Source: Chlorokybus atmophyticus
Taxonomy: Eukaryota; Plantae; Mesostigma and Chlorokybus algae
DNA length: 64,000 nucleotides
Assembly: GCA_009103225.1 (NCBI GenBank)
Contig: RHPI01003389.1
Location: 725,162 to 789,161, forward strand
Direction: 5' to 3'
Shown in pieces: positions 37,137-50,450 of the stretch. The notes beneath the pieces are model-generated. The model made no database searches. It was not told the DNA's origin and was given only the letters and a program-made list of their open reading frames with translations. A program made the translations under genes and the position numbers. Numbering within the stretch: position 1 is the stretch's first letter; each line of letters begins with the position of its first letter.

Positions 37137-37923
37137 TGTGGCAGGTGTCTCAGCAACAGCGGCGTAGGTATGTACATAGCAAATAGGGTTAGCTCTTTGG
37201 GTGTGCTGTGACCAGATCCTGCTTCCTCCAGTATGGCAGCCAATGAGTGCTTTTGCTGATGAATGCCTGCATGGTTTGAGAATGGAGTCAGCAGACACTT
37301 GAAGCATTTTGGTCATTTCGCGGTCATTTCGTGTTTATGCACGGTTGCCTTGGAAAATCCTCCCACGAACTGCTGTGCTTGAAGAGCTCATGTACCAAAT
37401 GTATTACCACATTGCATCCTTTGTAGACAGAGTCAGGCTGTTGCAGCCTCGAACTGACCTGAATGATGTGTGTTGGGCCATATGTTTGGACTGTAGCAAC
37501 AGCCGGCAATCCACTGCAGGTAACACGCCACAAGTAACCGAGGCATACAGTTCGGAGTGAATTATGCTGCTGTGAGGTGATGCATATCTGTGCCTGCACT
37601 GATCTGTGTGAACACAAGCGCGCAGCGCATGCGAGGATCTGGTGTTGCAGTGCCTTAAACAAGCTGTTTCAGTAACCCAAACAAGCTTGTGTCACAACTG
37701 GCAGGGATGCCAACGGATGTCAAACTCGAGGCCAGCTTCTGCTACGCCTGCTGAAGAATTACTATACATTGTATAGTCTCACCAAACTAGATTGCGCTTG
37801 GGCTGTCAATGGACAGCCCACCCAAGCCTCACGGCACATAGCTACCTATATAGGATACCCTACCTTAGTTAACGCGCGCAAGCAACCGAACAAAAAACCC
37901 AGATAACCAAACCCAAAACCTCA

Positions 37924-40680
37924 TCAAGCCTGGACTATGTACAAGGCGGACACCTTTGCTTTATCGACGACAGCTGTGAAGTTGATTCTGAGCGTTCCAT
38001 CCACAACTTTCACCAGTGGGAATCGCTGGTACACGGCGCGGAACTGCCCCTTAGCCGCGGCGAAGATGTCGTAGTTGGACAGACTCCGCGTGTTCTCGAC
38101 GTCGACGTTGAACTGACGGCGACCCGCGACGGACCAGTAGTTCTCGGACCACATCAGAGTCACGTTGTAAGAAGCGGGATGAGAGAGGACGGGGACGGAG
38201 TATGAGAAAGACTTGCCGAAACGGTCGGTCTGGAATAGGAGACAACAAGTGAGTGGAGAGAGCGAGTGGGTGGAGTGAACGAGAGACTTCTCTCGTTGAG
38301 GGAGAGCATGCGTGCATGTGCGCACACGCGTGCAGACGCGCATGCATGCGCGCACACATACATCCCATGTGTGTGTGCGCGCATGCGTGTAGAGATACAG
38401 CGACCAAGGGAGGCAAGTACAAGCCAAAAGCATTCACATACCTGAAAGAGCGCTGTTTGGTTTGCGAGGCAGTTGACAATGGCGTTGTTCACTTTGGATA
38501 TCGAGCCTCCGCTGAAGTAGCTATCCGCCTGGTTGACAACGATGACACAAAGTGAGCACACATGCACATCAACGATACGAAGCCACAATTAGACTTGGCA
38601 TTGCTCCACTCACCACCCACTTCACGCGGTTTACGTCCGTAAACGCTGGCCCGCCCACATTGATCGCGAGCCGAAACTTTGGTGGACACACCTGAAGTGC
38701 ATCAGGGTGGTCACTTATTGTGAAATTTGGTTGATGCGCGAGCGTTGTTGTTATGGTGTGTAGGCAGTGTAATATGTGACGACATGTTGTGCACATGTCA
38801 CTCGCATGCATTGTGACATGCTGTAAGCATGTTCTTGTGTGTACACAACACGAGGTATACATGTTGCGTTACGTACAGAACAACAACGACAACATGTTGC
38901 TGTGTTATGCATGCATGCACCAACAATGATGAAACAGCACACCTGTTTCAAGCACGTGAGCCCGGACACATATTTCTTGATCATGGGAATGGTGTCTTGG
39001 GGTCTGAACGCATTGGCACCCGTGATCCATGGATTCATTGTGTACAACGGGTCCGTGATGTGCACCGCACTGTCATAACAACCAATCAGTCAGTAGTGAT
39101 GTTGGTTATATATCTTGAGTAGAGTGTGCCAAAGTCCTCTCATACCTGTAGGTGTGGCCGAGCTCGTGCGCAGAGAGGTCCGTCTGCTCTGTCCAGGGAC
39201 GACCTTTTGAGTGCACGAGAGAGAAGCCGTAGTACTGGTCGCACATGGTCCCCACCCTGAGACAGAGAGTGAGTGTGCAGGCGGACGGGCACGTGTGTGT
39301 GTGTGTGTGTGCATGTGCGCGCGCGGAAGCGTACAAGCACTTGTTCTCACAATCGTGTTCGTGCGCGTGCATGCGTGTGCACATATGTGCGTGTGTGCGT
39401 TCCCTGTGGTTGTACACATATGCATGCATGCACTGCACTGCACTGCACTGCACACGCATGGCATGCATGTGTGCGTGCTCCTGTCTGAATGCAGTACACT
39501 TGGCAAAAAATGGCTCACCACATGACTGCGTGAAGAAACGCATGAGTGATGATGTCTTACCATGCGTTGCCAACTCTGCCATCAGCCATCGTGACCGAAG
39601 TCAGCAGCTGTGCTGCATCCCTTGCCACATCCCAGTGCTCCTGTTGCCACCTGATCAAGAACAAGCAGTATGTTGGCATATTGATTTCTCATCTCAAGTG
39701 ACAACCCCACCCCAACATTATCAACACACACCTGTCGGTGAATTGCTGGAGAAGGGTGTCGGGGTCCGTGCTGTCGTAGTAGTCCGTGGCAGGCGAGGTG
39801 GACACGATGACGGTAGACACAACATGTGTCAACTGAACGTCACGCTCGTACTCGACGTTGATGCCCTGCACAACCCTCGACACGAAGTCCACTACACCCT
39901 GCGACAAGAAGTTGTTGTTGTTGTTGTTGGGTGCTGTGCGTGTGTGTCTCTCGTGTGTCTTGTAATGTGCTTACTTGGACTGATTTGAACAAGTTGTAGT
40001 AGCCAGAGTCTGCCTCAAAAGCCAGGCTGGCTTGCATGAAGCACCCTGGTGATGGTGTTGTTGTGGTTGTTGTTGTTGCCTGTATCGTTGCTGATAATGT
40101 TGATGTGGTCGCTGATAATGATGTTGTTACTGTTGATGTGGGACGTGGGGGTCGTGGAGGGTTTTGGCAACGGGCTTGGCCGGCGGAGGGGGAGAGCAAC
40201 ATGCGCGATTGATGTTGATTGTGGTTGGGGTGTTGTGAGTGTCTTTGTTTCCGGTAAACAGCGTGCGGGATCCTTCCCTCACTATCAACCTGATACACAG
40301 ATGCATAAGCACAACCAACCAGGGGTGGATGTTACGACATGCACACACAGTGTGTGGGGGTGGTGGTTGTGGTGGTGGTGTACCGTTGTGATGCCAGCAA
40401 GGGGTTCAATGAAGAAGTAGCTGTCACCATTGCTGTTGTCGTTGTTGTCATCATCCACCATGCCGGCCACGACAGCGTACACGCCCTCGCCTTTGTGGTG
40501 GCTCGCGCGCACGGAGCTACCTGGCACACCCCTGACAGACCCGCACAGGGTCCTCTCCTCCCCTGGGTCGTGCTCCTCCAGGGTCCCATCCTCCCTCCTA
40601 ACCAGCACCTGCCAGGGAGAGACGCTCTGTATGTGTGTGTGTGCCCGTGCGTGCGTGCGTCCGTCCGTGCGCGTGCATGA

Positions 40681-40722
<42 letters not shown>

Positions 40723-41041
40723 CAAACACGTGTGACAACACCACCCTGGCACCCACCTTAAATGCTTTGCTCCGCACTGAGCAGGGTGCCAGATCAAGGG
40801 TGCGCAGTGTCCCTGCCAGGTTTATCTCCAAGTTGGTTGTGTGGCTCAGCGGAGGGACGCTCAGGTGAACCACCGTGCTGTCAGGCGTTGAGACTTGTTC
40901 TGTGAGGAGTGACCGCGCATTGCCTCGCAAGCGATGCGTGTGAGCGTCTGCTGTTGTCAACGACAGGACTGACAGCGCCAGCAACACCATCAGAGACACC
41001 CTCAGCGACACCCTCAGGGACATGGTCGCTGCCGCAGGCAT
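37924..41041 (-). CDS. Secreted reprolysin-like (M12B-type metzincin) zinc metalloprotease with a C-terminal malectin domain
   Basis: Signal-like MSLRVSLRVSLMVLLALSVLSLTTADA; prodomain-like exons; LAFEADSGYY and GINVEYERDV; spliced HELGHTYS|AVH with Met-turn YTMNP; malectin AINVGGPAF..ADSYFSGG..TDRFGKSFSYSVP..LMWSENYW..RQFNV..YDIFAAA..AKVSAL. Start at 41041 or 41023. Confidence 0.85.
40681..40720. repeat. (GT)n microsatellite in an intron of the protease gene
   Basis: Visible run; similar tracts at ~39295-39470. Confidence 0.9.
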
Positions 41042-41355
41042 GGCTGGGTGGAGCCGCGTGGCCCTCCGTGAAGGACGTCAGTCACATGCAGACTTGCATT
41101 ACACACGCAGACGTAACAACGGACTACAAATAATGCCACCGTCACCGCTGTCGACAGCGACCAGACCCACACAACCACCGCCGCCGCCGCTAAGGACCGT
41201 GTCAACGTGCAGCTCCTGTTGCAAGGCGTGTCCGGCAACGTTGCTGCTACACGTCAGTGACTGGCACCCTTTACTACTGGTATGGTATGGTCCTCTTGTT
41301 GGCCTGATGCCATCATGACGGTCTGGTCTGGTCCAATTTAGGGCCTGGTCTCCTT

Positions 41356-41390
41356 CTGGCCTGGTCTGGCCTGGTCTGGTCTGGTCTGGC
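41356..41390. repeat. CTGGY pentamer array (7 units)
   Basis: ctggc ctggt ctggc ctggt ctggt ctggt ctggc. Confidence 0.85.
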
Positions 41391-41889
41391 CAGCTCTCTC
41401 TCAGAGAGAGGCTCTCTGTGTGGCCGAGCGTAACGCCGACACCCTCCAGTTACGCCGTCTGTACGTGCAGTTACGGCGCTAGCGGCTGCATCGGCGCGGC
41501 GTGCCGCGCACGACGTCCGCCGTCCACTTGGTGACAACATAGCATCCAACGGCTTGAATGCTTGTGCGCCGCAATGATGTGGATAAAGATGTCTGACGTG
41601 CATTGATTGTGCGAAACGGCGCGGTGAGCCCTGTCCCGTTGTGCCACAAATTGGTGGAAGTGTGCAGCATGCACAACGGTCATTGCTGCGTGCACTACCG
41701 ATGGCAGATGGCAGCACTGACAGGTGCCCCAGCAATCCATAGCGGACAATGGGGTTCGTTGCCGACTACAAGTCGGTCAGCGCCGCGGGTCAAAGCCTAC
41801 GTTTCCACAATCATGATATGTGACATCACGCGACTGGGGATGTATCTAGCGGAGCACGTGAGTGCTGGTGGCACGGTCACTCCTGTGAC

Positions 41890-41916
41890 CAGCAGGACAG
41901 GAGTCCTGTCCTGCTG
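41890..41916. repeat. Perfect 13-bp-arm palindrome
   Basis: cagcaggacagga-g-tcctgtcctgctg. Confidence 0.9.
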
Positions 41917-43676
41917 ACGACGGCTATTCCGGATCGGCAAGTAGGGCTCGGTCGTGCATGCTGAGTTGACCGCTCTCGAGTGCAGAGTGACAGGTAGTGT
42001 GACCGATGCTGCTCGGGCAGGGCAGCAGACTGCCGAATCGAAGCATCGTTGCCAGTATAGCCCGATAATGCTAATGCCCGGGTAAAGTGACGGGCCAATG
42101 CAATGCGACGGTACTGGGGATGACTCATGTTACAAGAGCGCCACAGACATGCACCCCACAGGCAGTACTTTGCTGTGCGTGACATGTGTCACACACAATG
42201 TGTGAATGCTCAATAGTGCAAGAATGTGTGCAAATGCTCATGCCCAACACCAAAGTCTATAGCATTATATGCATAAAGTACATCAAGTCACTTGATGTAC
42301 TTTATGCATATATAAAAGGGTATGGTCAAACCGCACTGCTGTCAAATCTGTGCAGGTGGTGTGGAAGACAGTAAGGAGTGGTATTTGATGGCACATAGCA
42401 ACATCTGTACCATTTGATGAAGAAAAGGATGGACACCCGCACAACAACCAACAGGTAAGTACAGGTGAGTGCGAGGTAAGCATATGCGGGAATCAAATTA
42501 CCTGCCCGCATACGCGTCATTGTCCACTCTAGCACTGCCTCTGCAACATGCTACGTGCATAGGAGCTGTTGTTGCCAATGATGCATGTGATTGCCTAATG
42601 GTACCAACTATCCAATGGCCTGCAGCCATGTTGTGGGGGTGCCGTTGCGCAGGGTATATCACACCGGAGGGTGGACGTGTAACGGCGGGGCCCAGTCTGT
42701 TGCAATCAGCATTGTTCACGTCGCCATTGTCATCGTCGTCTCCTCCTACTGATGCTGCCAAGCCCCGGCCTTCATACCCACGCCTCTGCTGCGCAAATGG
42801 TGATTCCCATCTTTCCCTTTCCTGCCTGCCCGACCTTGCATTACTGTCCAGTGGTCTAAGAGTGTCGTATGAGTGACGTAGCACTGCCCTTTAAGTTGTT
42901 TAATATGCTTTGCTTGCTTGTGCCTAGCTGCTGACGTTGAGTGTGTTGCACAACTTGGCATTTAAGCTTTATATGATCACATGTGTCTTTGATGCGAGTT
43001 GTGTCTATAAGGTGCATATTGGCATAAAACTACGTTGTAATTTGCCAAAATTCTAATATGCAGCATTTAATAACGAATAAGCATAAACGCGTGTTTAATT
43101 ATATTTTGATGCTACGTAAAACGCTAAATAACTCATGTAAAGTATAGCTATGCTGCAAACACGGCAACAGTAAATGATCATTGTTGGTAGCAGGGCAATG
43201 CATAAAGATGATGTCCAAGACATGTGGGCTTGAGCCCACATGTCGTGAGCTAAAAGTCTTAGAACCTAGGTTTTCATTTGCATCGAATGAAAACCTACAT
43301 ATGATGCAATAAGGCAAACCACATGATGCATATAAATACATTGGTTTGTGGACTTAATCAACGATAATAATGCAGGTATTGGCAACATGATTGTTATGCT
43401 TACTTAACCGCTTAGGGATTCCCTCGAAACTAGATTAAGAAATAAGAAAAACGCAATTGCAACGCACAGCACTATCATAAACATTACATTACTTTATCCG
43501 AATCGACCATTATTTGAATCATAAAAGATTTGTAATTTTTATGTCAAATATGCCAGCCTGGTTGCATTTTGCATTTTTTGTAAGGTTTATACTGCAGAGG
43601 CCCTCCGCAAGTGTTGATGTGTAATTAACCGGCCGAATTTATATTTGCAGCGGCGTAATTACCCCCCCCTTCCCCC

Positions 43677-43846
43677 NNNNNNNNNNNNNNNNNNNNNNNN
43701 NNNNNNNNNNNNNNNNNNNNNNNNNNNNNNNNNNNNNNNNNNNNNNNNNNNNNNNNNNNNNNNNNNNNNNNNNNNNNNNNNNNNNNNNNNNNNNNNNNNN
43801 NNNNNNNNNNNNNNNNNNNNNNNNNNNNNNNNNNNNNNNNNNNNNC
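43677..43846. other. Assembly gap in a C-rich tract
   Basis: Run of N flanked by ccccttccccc. Confidence 1.
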
Positions 43847-45862
43847 CTTCCCCCCGCTCTCCTTCATCTTGCCCTCTCATAATCTACCCGATATAGTGAC
43901 CACGATGTCTGAAGGCATTTTGTCATTACACGGAGGTGTCGTTATTTTGGGGTAGTGACGGACGGTCACTAAAACGCACTAATGTTAAATAGTAACCATC
44001 TGTCGTTGCAACGAGGGATTAATTATCAACATATAATATTGAATATAAAAAAAGCAAGATATGCATTGCACCAAGAGGGGGGACATCCGGACATCCGGAC
44101 ATCTTTATGCACTGACAATTGATCATTACATCGAAGTGTTCATGCCATTCCATGTAGTGACAACTGGTCAGTACAACGAGGTTTGCAAACCCTAATCAAT
44201 GCATTTCATACGTGTTGCCCTTTTTATGGTGACGCTCCCAACTAACACCGATTATCCGTACAGGGAGTGTGATACGCATCACAAAGGGGGAGATTTGCCT
44301 AATGTTAAATGTCAATATTTTGTCAATACTAAGAGGGTGTCGTAAGAAAGAGTGATTACAGCGAGGTTTGACTGTGTCTCCCCTTAATATATGCATAAGC
44401 TGTTATAAGTGACATCATACGAATTCGGACGATACACATTGCGCGCTTGTCATGTGTGTAAGTTGTGTTATATGATATTTTAATTTGACTCACAAGATGT
44501 AATACTCAATATATTATACAACATACAAACAAAGTTAAGAATCTTGTTACCTAAAGTGATCTGGAAACATTATTAATTTTTGTATAAGCATTTCTGTGAC
44601 AATTGCTGCAAGATCCGCAAATTATAGGGTATAGCATGCGTCAAACATACATAGATTTGCATGTATGCGTTGTACTTTGCATCTTTTGTACACATACACA
44701 CTGCTGCTCGTGTGTTGCACAGGTAATCAACCAACAATACGCATGTATGCATGCCTAACGGGGAGGTCTAGAGTAGGGTAGTGTGGTAGGTAAACAGGCA
44801 GTCAATATAGCCCGGTGGTGGTGTATGTGACTGTGTTTGCATGCTGGTTGGTATGCTATGCTGTTTTGACGTCATGCATGTCGCCAATTGTCTCGCGCAT
44901 ATCCTGTACGTACACGGGTGTGCCGCTAGCTTGGAATACGTGATGAAATGCAAGTAGCATGTGCTACATACACATGACCGCAACCATCCAGGGAGCCAAG
45001 TCGCGCAGGGAGTCCGTGCCTGCCGTACATGCATGCGTGCTAACCGAAACCCTAAGACCGGAGTCAACTGCGCGATAGCGGGCGGGAGGTGGTGGCAGGG
45101 ATGTGGGCGGAGGAGGAGGGGGAGTCCGTGTGGGTCTGCTGCTGCTGCTGGCATCGCTGCAAGGATGGAAGCGCTGACCAGCCGTGGTGCATGTGATTGG
45201 ACATGCATGCATGCTTGGCTAACTGGGTTTTGGGCTGTAGTGTAGGTAGGTAGCTTAGAGTGTACATAGCCCGGTGGTTATCAAACTTGGTTGGAATGTC
45301 ACGTATGTTACAAAGCCGTGCAATGGTGAGTCACATGCACACCATTGCATATATTCTACATACTGACATACCACGAACTATACGCCATACTGACCGGAGG
45401 TGCAAGTCTTCTTGAAACACATGATCTTTACATGTATCGCTATCGCACAAACCAATCTGACATCGTGTCCACATGTCAATTGCGATTGGTTGCAGTGCGA
45501 CCATCAAAACTGCATGTAGCTGAGGCAGGGTTTCCCACTGGAAAACAACCTTGTGCCAATGGGCATCACGCCAACACTTACAATTCCAGTCTATCTGGTG
45601 GTTTTGATGCCACCTTTCACCCATACACTCTGCCGGGAAGTCAATGCTCTCTGTCGGCGCATTGCGTGCGGGAGAATTAGCTGCTCACAACCCACCGCTT
45701 TGTAGTTGTATACATCTGGCATGCACCACCAAAAGCATCGTAATGGTGTTACATCGCAACCAATGCGACAACCAATTCAGCAAGACCAGTGCAGCAGCAA
45801 ATGCAGCATGGGAATGCATGGTACGAAAGAAACATGTACACAACCGCACACAAAAGCAGGCT

Positions 45863-48800
45863 TTACAAGGGAAACTCCTGAGCTAGCCTCTGGACATCCC
45901 GCGCATCCATCGCCACATTGAGATCAGTACGCTCGGCGCAGCTCAGCGATATCCGCAAGTAGCCCCATACATTCTCGGCGTGGGGGTTCATCTCAAGGGC
46001 ACGCACATAGTACGCTGCGGACTCCTCATACCGCCCCTGGTTAGCATATCCGATGCCCATGTTGGACCAAGCACGCACATAGTTGGGCTTCAGGTTGAGG
46101 GCCTGCTGGTACGCATCTACGGCCTCGGCACTGCGGGAGCTGTTGGCTTTGGTAGCACCAAGCTTGTTCCACAGCGAATAGTCGCGTGGCTTCAACTCTA
46201 AAGCTCGCTCAAAGGCATCGATGGCGCCGCTGTAGTTGCGAGACAGGTTGTACAAGACGCCCAACACCGTGTGCACGTCCGCATCGCCGGGATGCAACTC
46301 AGCGGCTTGCGAGAAGAGACGTATGACTTCTGCAACATTGGTTCTATCCACCTGATCGGTTGCCAAGCCTCCATACCTGCATGCAAAGTAAGCTATCAGT
46401 GACAGCATACAAATTGAAATACCAGGACAACCTGTATCAGACTTGCATGCTTGACGGCTTAGAAAGGTCCGCTACATAAAAGCATACACCACAAGGCTGT
46501 GCGCACGCAATGAGACAGGAGTGGTCAAGTGAACAAATTCAATCCTCAAAAACACTACATCCCTTGACACAAGCTTAGAGGCCTACATGATCTTCAGCAA
46601 ACTGTGCAAGAGCACACTTGTGCAAGATATGTACACCAACAGATGCGCCAGCAAATCATGTGCGGCAAGCCCATAAGGCTTGCGTACACACAATCATTGT
46701 AACAAAGGCGACGAAGTATACTGCCAATGGAAGTTGAGAAAAGTTGACAGTGCATACCGCTGATGGTGTTGTAGCCAGGCAGTAAGGTAACCCAACGCTT
46801 CTTTCTGGTCAAGCTCGTTGGTGTGCGACACGCCTAGGCTCAACAGCACTTCAAGGTTGGAGGGGTCCACCCGCAGCGCGCGGGTCATCGCGCTGATGGC
46901 CTGAATGTCATCGTCGTTCTCGGCATTGGCAATGCCCAGCAACCTCCAGCCATCCATGCTCTCCGGATTTTTTTGGACCTTCACACAGTATGCAACAGGT
47001 CAGACTCTATGCATGCCCTTTGAACAAGCTGCAACCAAGCACTGATCTTCATAAACAGGTCAGCATACAGACAATGTACTTGACCAATGCAAGACTAGTC
47101 ATTATGGTATAATGTGAACAACAAGCATGCCTCAGCTTCCAAGGCCAGCACTGCCTCGTTAAGCACGCCACTGCGAAACAGCTCCTGACCCTCTCGCAAT
47201 GGCTCTGGATGTGTCAAGTATGGATTGTCTTTGGCAAAACGATACTGCCACTTTGACTCCGCCTGCAAGTTAAAGCACAGCGAGTTCAAGTTGATTTGTG
47301 ATTACCAATGATGTATACAACTGACGGCAGGCAGCTTGCTATGCCAGTTGGATGCAAGAGGCAACTGCAGCTTAACCTGTTCAATATCGTTCCAAACAGT
47401 ATCCCATTCCTGCGTGGCATCAGCAACTGAGTTGCTGAACTGCTCAACCCACGCATCCGACGTGTCTTCAATGCCGTTGAACTCATCAACCCACTGATTG
47501 CCAGAGGGCTGACTTCTTTCAAACTCGGACGCCCAGTCATTGGCACCAGGAACCTTCACCAACATAGGGTGTCAAAGGTAATGTATGATACAAGGTATTG
47601 GTAGAATGGCTGCCAAATGTCATGTCCGCGTACCCTTTGAGCTTGGAACTGCGCTGCCCAGTCGCCATCAGTGCGTTGCTGCGCAAACTCGTGTGCCCAG
47701 TCCTGAGCAGCAGGTCTTTCCACAGCCTTGTTGTCCTCTAGCGCAATCTCACCACGACTCATTTTGGACACAAACTTGAGGAAGTTGGAGTTCTGCGCGG
47801 CAGAGTGGTTGACTGACAGGCACTGCGCAACGAGATGCAAGTACTGCAACACACATGCAAGCGTGCATGCACTTACTGCAAGGAAAGTGTGATCTAATGT
47901 TTCACCAAATGATAAGCATTACACATCACACCTGCAACGGGTTGCATGCACAGAGTTGTAATGAATGACCAACGTAGCTTGAGTGCGGGAGCAACCCTAA
48001 ATCTGTCTACCTGAAACTTGGGATCCGGGTTTTGTCTCAAGGTATTCTCCAAAGCGCGTGTTTGTTCCATCGCGTGCAGGTTGGCAGCGCTGCTTTGTAG
48101 CCCGTTCGTCTGCGCAAACTCCTGCGCCCAACTCTCCGCCCCGCGCCCTTGATCAAACTCCTCCGCCCAGCCCGCAGCACCGTGTTGTTGGAACTCATCC
48201 ACCCATTGCTGCGCTTGAGGGGCATGATGCATCTGTCATACGCAGAGTGACACAATGCTCGCGATGTGGGTACTTCTAAGCCCATCAGATACAGGTGCTG
48301 AAGACACAGTACACCAATCAACCATACCCGCTGGAAGTCTTGAGCCCACGCATCAGCATTGGCTGCTGCTGCGCGCTCCATATGTTGGGCACGTGTAGCC
48401 TCGTCATACAAGTCATCAAACTGCTAAGGCAGCACCAGGTGGTGTCACCAGTCTACACATGCAATCTGAAGCTTGCTATCAACATGCCGTGAAGTGTGGT
48501 AGTTTCGGTAGTTAGCAGCATGCATGTATGTACCTCCGCAAAGTGTCCAGCTGGCGCTTCCAACCGGCCTTCAATATCCAATGACTGCAACAGCGCATTC
48601 ACCTGGTGCGCAAACAATACTGAGCAACCCATTACCATGAGTTGCTCCCATAGCCAACTGCCACCACCAATGCAAGAATGTTAAATCCTTATATAACCAC
48701 TATGTACTGCACACCTGAGCGTCGGCAAATGCATCGCCCTTGTCAGCAAAGAGATGTCGCCCGACAATGCTTGTGCGATTGCGTATGCGCTCTTTGTCAG

Positions 48801-50174
48801 ACATGCTGAGGCCGAGCTGCGGCAACGGCATGGCTTGAAACGGCATCGCACTGCGGCCGCTAGCAAAGAAAGACTGAAAAACACTCTCCAACAGCTGGTT
48901 ACGTGTCACCGCTGCAAAGCATACAGTTGAGCATGAGCCAAAGCGTACACAAATGAGAATATACACAACACTTACGTTGGCCAACTCCTGTAACTGTTGG
49001 GCGCGATGCTTCTTCGTAGATACTGTCAAAGTCATTGAAAGGTGGAAAGCCTTGATGCTGATCAACCCCAGGCGGTACGCTTGGATGCCAAGCGTCCTGT
49101 TGGTTCCAAGCCTGCTCAAAGCCGGCGTCGTGGCCTTGAAAGCCGCGCATGAACTGTTCAACCTGTTGCACCAGCAATGCATCAGCAGCACCACAAGCAA
49201 TTGCATGTGCATACATGCATGCGTGTCCCGTCATCCATGACTTGAGCAACACGCACATGAATCCACTCATACACATGCAGCGACACGCAGCCACATGCGT
49301 GCACGCACGCATACTTGCGCACACACAGGCATGCGCGCATGTCGGTGCCTATGCACGCTCACACTTACACATATGCGCATGGTAAATTGCCAAGTGTGTG
49401 CTCATATGTATGTGCACATACAGTCGATGTGTGTGCGCACACATCGTAAGAATGTGTGCACAATATGTACCAATATGCGTGCACGCGCGCACGTGTGCAC
49501 ACATATGAGCGTGACAAGCACCTTTTGCTACGCGATCTGACCTGCGGAGCATTGTAATCGGCATGCCCTTCGTCATGCGCCTCAAAAAACTGCTGCTCTT
49601 GGAACCCTGCATGCTGCTCCCCTCCATCAACCAACCCAGGAAGCTCTCGCAGACGCTCCTGCAAAGTGGTGCTGGCTACTTTGAGTGCTGTGCAAGTATA
49701 AACAAAGCAGTCCAGCTACGGGTAGGTAGCTACAAATCAGCTATAGCAAGTGAGCCTTTAGGAAGGCTAAGTACAGCGCAGCAGAACACAGCTTGTTAAA
49801 TACACTCGGAGTTATTCAAATGCCATCATCTAAATGTGCTCAGACTCCTTGGCATCTCATCATGCATTGCACATACATGGTATTGCAAAAGTGTGCCCAG
49901 CTTATAACCAAGACTAATGACGGAAGTAAGGCTACTTGGAGTCTTTTTCGACATGTGTTAAGTACGGCATGATGATCAGCCACAGATAGTGAAGTAGTAC
50001 TCCAGATGTAAAGCAGCCAGTAAACGGAATGTTGCGCATGCTGGCCCTCACCTGAGTCTTTGCGCCGCCCCCTATAAGCGAATCCACCAGGCCAGAGATC
50101 GGGTTGGAGGAGGACGGGCCAGCGCCGGGAGCTGCGCAGCCAGCGCCGCCCGTAATGAACTCCCGCAGCGCCAT
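45863..50174 (-). CDS. PEX5: Peroxisomal PTS1 receptor PEX5, multi-exon
   Basis: Plant-type N-terminus MALREFITGGAGCAAPGAGPSSSNPISGL with the conserved Cys. At least 9 WxxxF/Y motifs (WAQDF, WVDEF x2, WAEEF, WAQEF, WAHEF, WAAQF, WASEF, WVEQF). TPR exons with LWNKLGATKANS and YVRAWSNMGIGYANQG. Confidence 0.97.
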
Positions 50175-50450
50175 TGCCAGCAGTGACCCCCTTCCAAACC
50201 TTCCCCCCCACCTCCTCCTTCGCCTCCTCCTCCTCGCCGCCGCCGCCGCAGCAGGCGAGGCCAAACGGCCCGTCACACATTGCCACGTGGAAAGTGTACA
50301 CCATAAACCCTAACCTTGACGTAAGCATACAAACACGTAACACGCCCTGATCTAATGTAAGCATAGTGCCCGAAGTGTGGCAGCGGCGGAAGTGTGGGCG
50401 GCGGCGTTTGCGTCATAGACAACACGCGGAGGAGCTTGCTTGCAGCTGGC
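50175..50450. promoter_or_regulatory. Probable bidirectional promoter PEX5/PSMG4 with a G-box and a telo-box
   Basis: The divergent ATGs are 276 bp apart. CACGTG at 50284-50289; AAACCCTAA at 50305-50313. Confidence 0.6.

Noticed and set aside
22611-50174. Functional cluster of VPS13 and PEX5 (both linked to peroxisome biology)
   Set aside because: They are separated by an unrelated gene and ~8.7 kb. Two genes are not evidence of clustering in a eukaryote.
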